Source: Nanobdella aerobiophila (GTDB taxonomy: Archaea > Nanobdellota > Nanobdellia > Nanobdellales > Nanobdellaceae). From it: a stretch of DNA of 32,000 bases. The notes beneath the pieces are model-generated. The model was not told the DNA's origin and did not search any database. It was given only the letters and a program-made list of their open reading frames with translations. Shown here in pieces: positions 8,343-19,700 of this stretch. The stretch spans positions 1 to 32,000 of the forward strand of contig NZ_AP019769.1 of assembly GCF_023169545.1 (NCBI RefSeq), read 5' to 3'. Each line of letters opens with the position of its first letter. Within the stretch, counting starts at the first letter, position 1. Made by a program: the position numbers and the translations under genes.

Positions 8343-10078
8343 TATTTATATTTTTCGCCAATTATTATATATTTTTTATATAGTAATTTTTTTATCTTTA
8401 TTTTTTTTATTTTTATTCCATGATATCTCAATAATTCTACAATCTCTTCTATACTTTTCTCCACATCTTTAGAATCGATAATATCTGTATATACTATTGA
8501 TATAAATTTACCATTTTCTTTCAATGTCTTATATATGTTTTTTACAAAAACATATTTATTTATGATAAATTTTAGATTTTCATATATTATTATTAGATCT
8601 ATATTATTATATAGGAATTTTGGGATCTCATCTTTCTTAGCAATATGTAAGTAATAATTGTCTAAATTAGCTACTTTTTTTGATAATCTATCAATTATAT
8701 CCTTGGATATATCTATAGCATATACCTTTACATTGAAATTCTTTGCTATATCTATTGATATATCCCCAGAGAAAGGTCCAAAATCTAATATATTATAATT
8801 TTCTTTTACAAAACTTTCTATTATCTGTATATCCTTTTTATAAAATATTTTTCTATATAGATATGGGATAAAATATAATTTAGAAAAATAAAACTTTATT
8901 AATTTTTTATTCTTTTTCCATTCTAATTTTAATGATAATAATAATATTATAATTATAGTGATTATAGTAAATATTATACTATCTGTATTTGATGATAAAT
9001 AATAAAAAGAAAAATAAATAAACAATGTTAATGAAAATATAGCCAAAAACAATTTCAACATTCTATTTCTATTAAAATATTTTGAAGTTACTTTAATTTT
9101 GATATAGGAAATAATATATATAATATATATAATTAGTATGGATACAGAAAAAAATGACAATATATTATTTACATTGGTAAATGTGGATAATGTAAATATC
9201 AGTATTGTAGATATGGAAAAAATAATATATGGGGAGTTATATTTATTCTTTTCAGATATTGTAGATGTTATTAAGTTTTCTTCAGCTAAATTATTTATTA
9301 TGAAATTACTAGTATAGTACCATATGTATATATTTAATATACCAAAGGGTAGAAAGTAATATATCAAGTATGGATAGTATAAAGTATTAAATAGGCTAAT
9401 AAAAGATATATAAGAAATTATCAATAATATAGAGATTATTAATGTTCCAATAAAAGTTACATTTCCAAGTATCCTATTATTATTATAATCTGAATAATAT
9501 GTTAAGATATCTATTCCAGAAAATATGGATATATTATATATTAGTGTAAATATTAATGGATTTATATTATCTGCTACCTTTATATTGAATTTAAATGAAA
9601 ATATAGAGAATATAAATATAATAATAATGAAAATTAGACTTATTATTGCGATATTGTCTATATATCTGCTGTTTATATTTATATTATAATAGGCCATTAT
9701 AAAGAAAATACCAATTATAATATATGGCAATATAATTAATAAAGGATTTATTAGTGTAACTAGATTTTTAATTAATATGATCTCAGTAGCAATGGTAATT
9801 ATTGTAGAAAGATAATAAAATATTCCAGAAATAACTTCTAAATGTTTTGATATTTTTGATATATAATGAAATAAACCTAATTTATTTGGGTCTCTTGTAA
9901 TAGAATCTCTTATTAAACATGATAATATTATGAATGATATTATAACTGGAGTTGATAATAATAAAAATGATATTATATCTATATTATATGATTTAATATA
10001 TAATAATATAAGGGGAATTTCAGGTATAAATACTGATGATATAAATATAATTAGGTATCTTATGCTCTTATTTTTCAT
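8342..10078 (-). CDS. Polytopic membrane protein (possibly APC-superfamily-like) fused to a C-terminal class I SAM methyltransferase
   Basis: About 11-12 hydrophobic helices by eye over the first ~400 residues, then 'NYNILDFGPFSGDISIDIAKNFNVKVYAIDISKDII' (SAM motif I and acidic loop) and 'IYKTLKENGKFISIVYTD'. Single uninterrupted ORF. Confidence 0.7.
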   Translation of the reverse strand: MKNKSIRYLIIFISSVFIPEIPLILLYIKSYNIDIISFLLLSTPVIISFIILSCLIRDSITRDPNKLGLFHYISKISKHLEVISGIFYYLSTIITIATEIILIKNLVTLINPLLIILPYIIIGIFFIMAYYNININSRYIDNIAIISLIFIIIIFIFSIFSFKFNIKVADNINPLIFTLIYNISIFSGIDILTYYSDYNNNRILGNVTFIGTLIISILLIISYISFISLFNTLYYPYLIYYFLPFGILNIYIWYYTSNFIINNLAEENLITSTISEKNKYNSPYIIFSISTILIFTLSTFTNVNNILSFFSVSILIIYIIYIISYIKIKVTSKYFNRNRMLKLFLAIFSLTLFIYFSFYYLSSNTDSIIFTIITIIIILLLSLKLEWKKNKKLIKFYFSKLYFIPYLYRKIFYKKDIQIIESFVKENYNILDFGPFSGDISIDIAKNFNVKVYAIDISKDIIDRLSKKVANLDNYYLHIAKKDEIPKFLYNNIDLIIIYENLKFIINKYVFVKNIYKTLKENGKFISIVYTDIIDSKDVEKSIEEIVELLRYHGIKIKKIKIKKLLYKKYIIIGEKYK

Positions 10079-10171
10079 TTATAAAAAAGGTGTACATCTG
10101 ATAATATAAGGATTTTAATTTTACTACTTTTCAATGATACTATTTAAAAATATTAAATATACAATTTTTAC

Positions 10172-11230
10172 ATGAAATTGGGGGTCTCTATAAATCATTA
10201 TCAAATTACAAATAATTTCCCAGTAAAAACTAATTTAGATAAATTATTATGGTTAATAAGGAAACCTGATAAGAATATAGAGATAAATGAAACTTTTGCA
10301 GAAAAAATGTCTTTAGAAGGCTATAATAAAAATCTCAGATTTTCTATAATACCGAGCTATAATAATTATAAGGAATTTTTTCAAGAATTAAAAAATTATA
10401 ATATAAATTTAACTTTATGTCTAGATCATTTTTATATATGGGATTATAATATTGGTTCTTTATTTGATAAGAATCATTCGAAGAATTTAATAAAAATATT
10501 AGATGGAAAAAAGGAAATATTTAATTATTCTAAATATATAGAGCCCGTGAATGAGCCACAATTATATATATTTTTAAAATCATTTGGAATTATAGATAAT
10601 GTAGAGTTTATAAAGACTTTAACTACAAATCCATATAAATTTTATAAAAGGCTGGATATAGCTATAGATAATATAAAAGAATTAACAAATTACCTTTATG
10701 ATGAATGTAAAAAAGAAAAATATATAATAAATTCATATTATCATTTTGATTTAGTCAATTTAGGAAAAATATTATATATATTTTATCCATTTTTTAAAAA
10801 ATTAGAAGATTTAAATAAAGAATTACCAGGACATTATATAGGATGGCATTATTATGGTTCTATAGGTATTTTAAGGGGTTTAAATTTTTATAGAGATCTA
10901 GATATTATAAATCCTTATAAGATTTCTATTAATAGATTTAAAAAAATCATAGATTATATAAAGGATAAGTATAAAAAAGATATAATAATAACTGAAATTG
11001 GTTTAAGTGCTAATAATAAAAAACAAGAAGTTGATAGATACAATATTTTGACTAAAATGATAGAAGTAGCCAGAAACTCAGGAGCAAAAGAAGTATATAT
11101 ATGGTCTATAATGGATAATTTTGAATTTCAATCTGGTTATTCAAAAAAATTCGGCATATTCTATGATATAGATCTCCATAAAAAGTATCTATATTATCCA
11201 TGGCTAGATGTTTTTAAAAAATATAATTAA
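10172..11230 (+). CDS. Miniature GH1-like glycoside hydrolase family protein
   Basis: 'EPVNEP', 'IITEIGLS' and 'YIWSIMDNFEFQSGYSKKFGIFYDID' match the GH1 acid/base, nucleophile and C-terminal motifs; 352 aa. Confidence 0.75.
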   Translation: MKLGVSINHYQITNNFPVKTNLDKLLWLIRKPDKNIEINETFAEKMSLEGYNKNLRFSIIPSYNNYKEFFQELKNYNINLTLCLDHFYIWDYNIGSLFDKNHSKNLIKILDGKKEIFNYSKYIEPVNEPQLYIFLKSFGIIDNVEFIKTLTTNPYKFYKRLDIAIDNIKELTNYLYDECKKEKYIINSYYHFDLVNLGKILYIFYPFFKKLEDLNKELPGHYIGWHYYGSIGILRGLNFYRDLDIINPYKISINRFKKIIDYIKDKYKKDIIITEIGLSANNKKQEVDRYNILTKMIEVARNSGAKEVYIWSIMDNFEFQSGYSKKFGIFYDIDLHKKYLYYPWLDVFKKYN

Positions 11231-11262
11231 ATATTATTAAGACAAAACAATAAATATATTTT

Positions 11263-13017
11263 ATGTTAATAATTGCAGAGAAGCCATCGGTGGCAAGGAA
11301 AATATCTTCATTTCTATCAAATAATCATTTTAAAATTATAAAATTTACAAGAACAATATCTTTTTATTATTTCAAGAAAGATAATAAAAATATATATGTT
11401 TTACCAGCTATTGGACATTTATATACAATATCAGATATAAATAGAAAATTTGATTATCCAGCATTTAAATATCAATGGGTTCCTTCTTATTATGAAGATA
11501 GAATATTAGCAAAAAAATATTATATTGCAATGTTTAATAAATTTAAAAATGAGAAAGAAGTAGTTGTAGCTACAGATTATGATATAGAAGGAGAATTAAT
11601 AGGTTATAATATTTTAAGATTTGCATTAAATAATCTAAATGCAAAAAGAATGATATTCTCTGCAATAACTTATACAGATATACTAAGAGCATATAATAAT
11701 CTAGGTCCTATAAACTATGGATATTATTTAGCAGGTGAAACTAGGCATATAGTTGATTGGTTATATGGTATAAATTTATCAAGAGCATTAACTAAAGCAG
11801 TTAGGCATTATAATAAAAATATTATATTAAGTATGGGAAGGGTACAGGGTCCTACATTAAAATTAGCTTTTATTAGAGAAAAAGAAATTGAAAACTTTAA
11901 ACCAGAGGAATATTATACAATAAATTTAATAGTAGAAAAAGATAATAATCAATTAAAATTTAAGTACATAAAAGAAAGATTAAATTCTAGGGAGGAAGCA
12001 AAGAAAATAAAAGAAGGCTTAGGAGAATATTTGAATGTGATAGATATAATAAGAAAAGATTTGAATGTAGATCCGCCACACCCTTATAATTTGACAGATA
12101 TACAATTAGATAGTTATAGATATTATAAAATAAATCCTAAAAATACATTAAGCGTATTACAAAAATTATATGAGAAAGGATATATATCATATCCTAGAAC
12201 CTCTTCTCAAAAAATACCAGATACTATAAATTATAAAGATATATTAAATAGATTATATTTCTTTGATCAATATAAGAAATATATAGATCCATTATTAGAT
12301 AAGAAAATATTAAGACCGAATAATGGTAAAAAAGATGATGTACATCCAGCGATATATCCTACAGGATTAATACCAAAAAATCTGGATAAATTAGAAAGGC
12401 TATTGTATGATCTAATTGTAAGAAGATTTATAGCAACTTTTTCTGATAAATCTGAAGAAATATTATATTATATAAAAACAAAAGAAGATTTTTATTACAA
12501 TTATAAAGAAATAAAATATAAGGGATGGATGGATATATATTGGATCTTTTTAAAGGAACAATATAGAAATTATAATTTTTATAAAGGAGAAAAATTGAAG
12601 ATATTAAAAATAGATATTAGAAAATCTAAAACGAAGCCACCTACTAGATATAATCAAGCTTCATTATTGAAAAAGATGGAAGAATTAAATCTAGGTACAA
12701 AATCTACAAGAGCAGAAATATTAAATATATTATTTAAGAGAGGGTATCTTTATGGAAGATCTATATATATTACTGATTTGGGAAGGGAAATAATATATAT
12801 ATTTGATAAATATTATCCCGAGATATTAAATATAGAGTTAACTAGAAAAATAGAAGAAAAATTAAATAAATTACAAGATAGACCAGATGAAAGTATGAAA
12901 GAAGGTATAATCAATAATATTATAGAAATATTATCTAATTTATTGTCTGATTTTAAAAGCAAAGAAGAACTAATTGGAAAAGAGATATATGAAGTTATAA
13001 AGAAGAATTATAAATAA
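11263..13017 (+). CDS. topA: DNA topoisomerase IA, short form without C-terminal zinc fingers
   Basis: N-terminal TOPRIM 'MLIIAEKPSVARKI', 'VVATDYDIEGELIG', 'SMGRVQGPTL', catalytic-Tyr region 'KGYISYPRTSSQKIP', 'LGTKSTRAEILNILFKRGY'. No cysteine pairs at the C terminus. Confidence 0.92.
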   Translation: MLIIAEKPSVARKISSFLSNNHFKIIKFTRTISFYYFKKDNKNIYVLPAIGHLYTISDINRKFDYPAFKYQWVPSYYEDRILAKKYYIAMFNKFKNEKEVVVATDYDIEGELIGYNILRFALNNLNAKRMIFSAITYTDILRAYNNLGPINYGYYLAGETRHIVDWLYGINLSRALTKAVRHYNKNIILSMGRVQGPTLKLAFIREKEIENFKPEEYYTINLIVEKDNNQLKFKYIKERLNSREEAKKIKEGLGEYLNVIDIIRKDLNVDPPHPYNLTDIQLDSYRYYKINPKNTLSVLQKLYEKGYISYPRTSSQKIPDTINYKDILNRLYFFDQYKKYIDPLLDKKILRPNNGKKDDVHPAIYPTGLIPKNLDKLERLLYDLIVRRFIATFSDKSEEILYYIKTKEDFYYNYKEIKYKGWMDIYWIFLKEQYRNYNFYKGEKLKILKIDIRKSKTKPPTRYNQASLLKKMEELNLGTKSTRAEILNILFKRGYLYGRSIYITDLGREIIYIFDKYYPEILNIELTRKIEEKLNKLQDRPDESMKEGIINNIIEILSNLLSDFKSKEELIGKEIYEVIKKNYK

Positions 13018-13580
13018 CTAATTATCTCATTTAATATTTCTTCAGGTTTTTTGGATGCATCAATATATCTTATATTATCTTCTGGAAATATCTCTTTTAG
13101 TTTTAAGAAATTATCTCTAACTTTATTTAATATTCCTAATCTTTCATAATAAGTTTTGTATTCTCCTCTTTTTTCTATCCTCTCTATAGCATCTTCTGGA
13201 GATATATCTAGTATAAATGTTATATCAGGTTTTATAATATATTTACTTATTTCTTTCAACCAATTTATATCTATATTATATATTAATTGGTATGAAAATG
13301 TAGAATATAATGTTCTATCTGATATTACGATATAGCCTTCCTCTATCCTTTTCTTTAATTCTATATTCTGTATCTGCCTATCTGCAGTAAATAATAGTGC
13401 CAATATATACCCAGAATCATCGCTATTATTATCCATATATTCTAATATTATATCCCTAAGTTGATCTGGTTCTTTTTTTACATATACTTTATATTTATTC
13501 TCTAAATGATTTTTTAATAAATTTGTAATTGTACTTTTACCAGCCCCATCTATTCCATCTATACCAATATATTTTTTCAT
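13008..13580 (-). CDS. tmk: Thymidylate kinase
   Basis: 'YIGIDGIDGAGKSTI', 'VISDRTLYSTFSYQ', 'DPDITFILD'-like segment (DITFILDISPEDAIERIEKR). Confidence 0.93.
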   Translation of the reverse strand: MKKYIGIDGIDGAGKSTITNLLKNHLENKYKVYVKKEPDQLRDIILEYMDNNSDDSGYILALLFTADRQIQNIELKKRIEEGYIVISDRTLYSTFSYQLIYNIDINWLKEISKYIIKPDITFILDISPEDAIERIEKRGEYKTYYERLGILNKVRDNFLKLKEIFPEDNIRYIDASKKPEEILNEIISYL

Positions 13581-13609
13581 TAGTATTTATTTAAAAACTA
13601 GATTTATAT

Positions 13610-15466
13610 TTATTCTAAGCCAATTATATCCCCAATTTTAGGATTATATGTTTGAATGTTAAATTTTCTATATATAGAATATGATAGTTCTCTTGTTTTT
13701 TCTTCTTCTCCATGTATTATTAGTGCTTGTTTTGGTCTTGGTTTCAAATATTTGATAAATGCTAATGTCTCCCCTCTATCTGCATGACCTGAGAATCCTT
13801 CATATCTATTTACCTTCATCTTTATATCTATTTTATTGTTATTTATCATTACTTGTCTTTCTCCAGATAATATTCTCCTACCTAGTGTTCCCTCTGCTTG
13901 ATATGAAACAAATGCCAATAAATTTCGTTCATCTCCTGCTGCATAATAGAAATAATCTAGTATTGGGCCTCCCTGCATCATACCTGATGTTGCTATAATT
14001 ATTGCTGGTTCTTTAGAGCTAATTATCTCTTGTCTATCTTTTTTAATAGCTCTTATTACATTTTCTCTTTCAAAAGGATTCATATTTGTTTCTATTTTCC
14101 CTCTTATTTCTTTACTTAAAAATTCAGGATATGCTGTATGTATCATTGATGTTTCCCATACAATACCTTCTATATATATTTTTATTTCTGGTAATAATTT
14201 GTTATCTATGGCATCCAGTAATGTTAATAATACATCTTGTCCTCTTCCGACAGCTAATACTGGTATTAAAACCTTTCCTCCCTTCTCTATGGTTTCTTTT
14301 ATATCATGTATAAATATACTCTCAGTTTCTTCTCTAGATGCGTGTTTGTCATTTATTCCACCATATGTACTCTCTATCAGTAATGTTTCTAATCTTTGAA
14401 ATCTTGTATTTGGTCTTTCTAATAATTTTGTAGGATTGAATCTGTAATCGCCGGTATATAATAAATTATGCTTTCCCTCAATATTTAAATGCACCATTGA
14501 CGCTCCTAGGATATGATTTGCATTATGTAATGTTAATTTTAGATCTGATGCTATATCTGTTACTTCTCCATAATTTATTGTTATTGTATGCTTTAGAAAT
14601 TCTTTTATATCTCTTATTGTATATAATGCATTTTTATTTTGCCTATTGCTTACTTTTAAATAATCTAATAATACTAAAGCAGCAATATCTCTTGTAGGTT
14701 CAGTTAGATAAACAGGACCCCTCCAGCCAATTCTAAATAAATATGGTATGAATCCAACATGATCTAAATGTGCATGTGATATAATTACAGCATCTAATTT
14801 TTGTATATCTAGTTCTGGTATATTTATAAAAGGATATTTATCTTCAGAGTAATTACCTGCCCCGAGGCCAGAATCTAGTAATATATTACTTTCTTTTGTC
14901 TGTAGTAAAAAAGAAGATCTACCAACTTCTCTACCTGCACCTAAAACTATCAATCTATAATAATTTAATTTTTCTGGCTTTTTTTCTAATATCTTTAATC
15001 CTATATTATTCAGAAACTCGGACTTATATAAAGAATTTTTATGTAAGTATGATCTTATAACATTTATAATCTTTGAAGATCTTAATGGAGCTCTTTGTAT
15101 TATTACATTACAGAGAGTTTCTTTTCTTATAATATTTATTAGGTCTATATTTATTGATTGTGGCTCGTAAGTTTCTATATATACTGTAGACCTATGCCTT
15201 TCAATATATACATCCTTTATTTTTATATTTTGTAATATATTATGTATTTTACTCTTTATTTTTTCATCTTCATCTAATAATTTTGGATCGACTCTTATTT
15301 CTATCCTCTTTTTAATCCTCATTGCGATTTCTTTGCCAAGTTCTAGCCCATTCTTAAATAATTCTATATTTTTTACATATATTATTATCTTTGCTCCCTC
15401 GTACTTTATCTTACTTATCTCCTTTTGATCTAATATACTAAATATTTCTTCTTGAACATTCATCAT
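13610..15466 (-). CDS. KH - metallo-beta-lactamase/beta-CASP ribonuclease aCPSF1 (FttA)
   Basis: N-terminal KH-like domains, 'ISHAHLDHVGFIP', 'NHILGASMVHL', 'TGDYRF', 'IIATSGMMQGGPILDYF', 'VNRYEGFSGHADRGE', 'IIHGEE'. Confidence 0.95.
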   Translation of the reverse strand: MMNVQEEIFSILDQKEISKIKYEGAKIIIYVKNIELFKNGLELGKEIAMRIKKRIEIRVDPKLLDEDEKIKSKIHNILQNIKIKDVYIERHRSTVYIETYEPQSINIDLINIIRKETLCNVIIQRAPLRSSKIINVIRSYLHKNSLYKSEFLNNIGLKILEKKPEKLNYYRLIVLGAGREVGRSSFLLQTKESNILLDSGLGAGNYSEDKYPFINIPELDIQKLDAVIISHAHLDHVGFIPYLFRIGWRGPVYLTEPTRDIAALVLLDYLKVSNRQNKNALYTIRDIKEFLKHTITINYGEVTDIASDLKLTLHNANHILGASMVHLNIEGKHNLLYTGDYRFNPTKLLERPNTRFQRLETLLIESTYGGINDKHASREETESIFIHDIKETIEKGGKVLIPVLAVGRGQDVLLTLLDAIDNKLLPEIKIYIEGIVWETSMIHTAYPEFLSKEIRGKIETNMNPFERENVIRAIKKDRQEIISSKEPAIIIATSGMMQGGPILDYFYYAAGDERNLLAFVSYQAEGTLGRRILSGERQVMINNNKIDIKMKVNRYEGFSGHADRGETLAFIKYLKPRPKQALIIHGEEEKTRELSYSIYRKFNIQTYNPKIGDIIGLE

Positions 15467-15513
15467 AAATCTAAAACTGAATATCTTAGTTTGTATAAGA
15501 AATATTTAAAAAA

Positions 15514-16134
15514 TTATTTTTGTTTTTCTACAGCTTCTTTTATCTCAAATATCTCTCTATTAATTCCTTGGTCTGTTAATGTCCATATCTCTATTCCTCC
15601 ACCAGAACCCAAGTCTCTTCTTGTTGCAGCATATACAGCTTTTTTTGCTACTTCTTTTGCTTCTTCTAGTGTCATTTCCTTCTTATATTCAGTCTCTAAT
15701 ACACCTAATGCGTATATCATTCCAGAACCTGTTGCGGTAAAATCTTCAAAGTCTTCTACTCCTCCAGCCTCATCTATTGAATATATACCATATCCTTTTT
15801 CATCTTTACCTACCAAGATGATTTCTGTAAAAAATGGCGTCCATTTATAATAATTCATTAATGTTGCTAAGAAATTTGCAGCTTCTCCTACGCTTACATC
15901 ATTCTTTGATCTTAGTTTCTTTAATTTTAAATTTGCTCTTAATACATTTAATAAAGTTCTTATATCCCCTACCAAACCTGCTCCACCAAATAATATATTT
16001 TCAGTGATCTGATGTATTTTTTGTGTTTTTCTATGATATACCATAAATCCTGCCGTTGTCTGTCTATCTGCAGCAATTATTACCCCATCTTTAAATTTTA
16101 ATGCAATTATAGTTGTTCCAGATTCCTCCTTCAT
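15514..16134 (-). CDS. psmB: Proteasome beta subunit
   Basis: 'ESGTTIIALKFKDGVIIAADRQTTAG' with a very short propeptide; 'FGGAGLVGDIRTL' and 'GSGMIYALGVLE'. Confidence 0.95.
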   Translation of the reverse strand: MKEESGTTIIALKFKDGVIIAADRQTTAGFMVYHRKTQKIHQITENILFGGAGLVGDIRTLLNVLRANLKLKKLRSKNDVSVGEAANFLATLMNYYKWTPFFTEIILVGKDEKGYGIYSIDEAGGVEDFEDFTATGSGMIYALGVLETEYKKEMTLEEAKEVAKKAVYAATRRDLGSGGGIEIWTLTDQGINREIFEIKEAVEKQK

Positions 16135-16166
16135 AGGATTATAGATGTCAGATATACTTATAAACT

Positions 16167-16742
16167 CTATTTAGAATATTTTTTTATTACTTTTTCTTGA
16201 AAATCTAGTATGATCTTATTTACATCCTCATATATCTCTTTTATATCTTTTTTTATCCCTTTTAGACCAGCACAGACAAATTCTCCATTCTTAAATACAT
16301 TGAATGTTACTTCATAATCATCAGATATAGTATACGGGACGATTGCTGCTGGGAATGCTTCTGGATTGTATGTACTTCCTTCGACTCTATCTGCTAGTTC
16401 AACAATATTTACATTATCCACATCAAACTTTCCATTTACTACAATATTTTGTAATTTTATTTTATACTCTTGAGGTAATTTTATACCTATCTCCTCAAAT
16501 TTTTCTCTGAATGTTTTTATTATATCTTCTAGTTCATTTATATTCTTTAATCCAGCAATATTTATTGTTCCACTATTAAATATCAAAGCTTTTATATTTC
16601 CATTTCTTAATGGTAATATCAATCCAGGGAATGTTTCAGGATCATAAGAGGAATAAGGTAAGCTATTTGCTATCTTATCTAATGGTAGCCTTATATTAAA
16701 ATATAATGTAGCAACTATATTGGAAACATCCCATTTAACCAT
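16167..16742 (-). CDS. tbp: TATA-box binding protein
   Basis: Two-fold repeat: 'SNIVATLYFNIRLPLDKIA...YDPETFPGLILPL' and 'QNIVVNGKFDVDNVNIVELA...YNPEAFPAAIVPY'. Confidence 0.95.
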   Translation of the reverse strand: MVKWDVSNIVATLYFNIRLPLDKIANSLPYSSYDPETFPGLILPLRNGNIKALIFNSGTINIAGLKNINELEDIIKTFREKFEEIGIKLPQEYKIKLQNIVVNGKFDVDNVNIVELADRVEGSTYNPEAFPAAIVPYTISDDYEVTFNVFKNGEFVCAGLKGIKKDIKEIYEDVNKIILDFQEKVIKKYSK

Positions 16743-16764
16743 TTTATAATAATTTTAAAAAACT

Positions 16765-19700
16765 TTATAAAATATTTATATTATAGAAAAATTCCATTTC
16801 ATATATACTTTCTGAGCGATTTAAAGAGTCTTTTGAATCTTTTATGGTAATTGTAGAGTCCGTTTCTTTTTCTAAGTTATCTTTGTATTTTAATATTATA
16901 TCCTTAACTTTATTATCAGAATATATTTCTATTTTGGCTCTTTGTCCTTTTCTTAGCTTATTTTCCTTTCTTATATCTTGTATTCTCCTTCTAATTTCTC
17001 TATAGAGCCATTCTTCCTCTAATTCTGGATAGCTATTTATGTCATATCCAATTTTAATATCATTTAGTTCTATATAGTCTTTGTCAGGGTCCTGATATAT
17101 TATTTCTTTTACATTTAAATAATCCTTTATTAATTGATTTATATCTTTATTATTTATTAGACTTAATAATGCTTCTGAAAAGCTTTTAGAATATATATAT
17201 ATTGATTTTAAAGGTTTTCTAATATTTATTTTTAATTCATTTCTTAATCTTAACCCGGTTTCTATTATATAATTGAATAATTCATGTTCTTCTTCTATTT
17301 TATCATTAATTAACTCTTCATTAACTTTGTATATGTCTATTAATAATATTGATTCTTCATTAAGTTTATACTCTTCTCTTAATTTTTGATATATATATTC
17401 TGATATATGTGGCACTATTATAGCGCTTATATTTAATATTTCTAGTAATGATCTATATATTATATATAGTACAGTTTCCGGATCTTGCTTTATCCTTTCC
17501 CTTACAGATTTTATATAAAATCTAGATAGTTCATTTATCATCTTTTGTAATATTCTTCCAGATTCCCATATATTGAATTGATCTAGATTATAATATATGT
17601 CTCTCTTACTTCTTTCAATTAAGTTTAGGATATATCCATCTTCCCACCTAAATTTATTTATATTTAATTTTGCAGGATTTATATTATAATATCTTGAATA
17701 TTCTATTAAATATGTATATATGTTTATTAATATATTTAATGACTGGTATCTGGTCTTTAAATCTTCCCATTTAAATGCTATATCCTGATATGCTTCTACT
17801 ATAGTTCCCAAATATAATCTTAATGCATCTGAACCATATTTATCTATTACTTCATAAGGTGACACTCCATTTCCCAAAGATTTAGACATTTTTCTTCCAA
17901 GTGCATCATTTACATATCCTCCTACATATACATTTCTATATGGTATATCGTCATAATATAATTCTCCTAGTACTGCCAGTGAATAGAACCAGCCCTTTAT
18001 TTGATCATAATTTTCTGTTATAAAATCTACAGGATAATTATTTGTTGCAAATGTTGCAGAACCTGAATCAACCCACACATCTATTACGTCAGGTATTCTT
18101 TTCATTTCTTCTCCACATATATAGCACTTGAATGTATATTTGTCTACATGAGGTCTATGGAGATTATAATTGTATAAATATATTATTTCATAATCTCTAT
18201 TACCATATGATCTTACATAATATAACTCATTTAAATCTTTTAATAAATCTTTATTAAAGTTATTTACTATAATAATATCATTATTATTATATTTATTGAA
18301 TATATTTATTATTTCTTCTTTTGATTTTATATCTTTTTCGTAGATAAACTCCCTATTATGGTATCTTTTTAGCATTTTTTCTGCATAATCATTGTATTTT
18401 ATTATTATATATATTTTCTTAAATTCTTTACCTGTTAGATTACTTAGTTCTTCTAAATCTCTTACAAATTTTGTATGACCGTTTTTATCTCTCCATATCG
18501 GTAATGTTAGTCCCCAAAATCTTTGTCTAGAAATTACCCAATCTGGTGCACTTTTTATAATATTTACGAATCCATTTTTTGCAGCTTCAGATATAAATTT
18601 GACTTTTTCTACATCCAATAATAATTTTTCCTTCATCTTAGCTACATTTATAAACCATTGAAATGTAGTTCTTATTATCGCTTTTGTTCTGCATCTCCAA
18701 CATATTGGATAATCGTGTTCATACCATTCAAAGTATAATAGTGCTTTCTTTTCTATTAATTTTTTTATAAATTCATAATCATCTTTCTTAGCTTTTAAGT
18801 CATTAAAATATGGTAATTCTTTTATAGTACCAGTTTCGTCAGTTGTATTAAATGCAGATACATTATACTTTCTTCCTACTTCATAATCCTCCGGACCACA
18901 GCCGGGAGCAGCATGAACCAATCCTGTACCTTCCAGAGAATTTACATATTCCTTTGATAACCATAATCTAAATGCACCTGCCTCTTTATTTCTTATATTA
19001 TCTAGATATGTATTTAATTCTTCATAAAATACAGGATAATATTCTTCGAATTCTAGATCTTTTCCATCATATTCTTCTATAATCTCATAATTTATATTTA
19101 ATTTATTTATTAATCTTTCTAATGCATCTTTTGCTATTATCCAATATTCATAATTATCCTCTTTTTCTATATCCATCCTTAATGTTTTATGATTATTATA
19201 ATCTAATTCTAACTCTTTTATATATACTCTTGGAACCTTTATCTTAACATATTTTAATTCTGGATTTATCATAATTCCAAGATTATATACTAAAGTCCAT
19301 GGGGTAGTTGTCCATATTATAAAATAAGTGTCTTTTATATTTTTAGATTTAAATTTTACATATATAGCATTATCTATCGATTTTTTATACATGGGGTCTT
19401 CATATCCTAGCTCTATCTCTTGTTTTGACAATGTAGTCTGACATCTTGGACACCACCAAACAGGTTTCTTATCTTCATATACCAAATTTTTTTCATATCC
19501 TCTAGCTAAGGCTTCCCATACTTTCTCTATATACTCGTTTGTAATCGGTAGATATGGGTTGTCTGTATCTACCCAATGTGCAATATCTTCATAAAATTTT
19601 GAAAATTCATTCATAGACCCATATGCAAAATTAAAACACTCTCTAATGAAGTTTTCTACACCAATTTCATATATTTCTCTTTTATCTTTTAATTTTAATT

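Noticed and set aside
13759-15850. Plus-strand ORFs within the aCPSF1 and proteasome beta genes (13759, 14086, 14497, 15452) and minus-strand ORF 14199..14399 as annotated alternatives
   Set aside because: Low-complexity Leu/Ser/Phe-rich translations overlapping well-supported conserved genes; the ones at other frames show no motifs.
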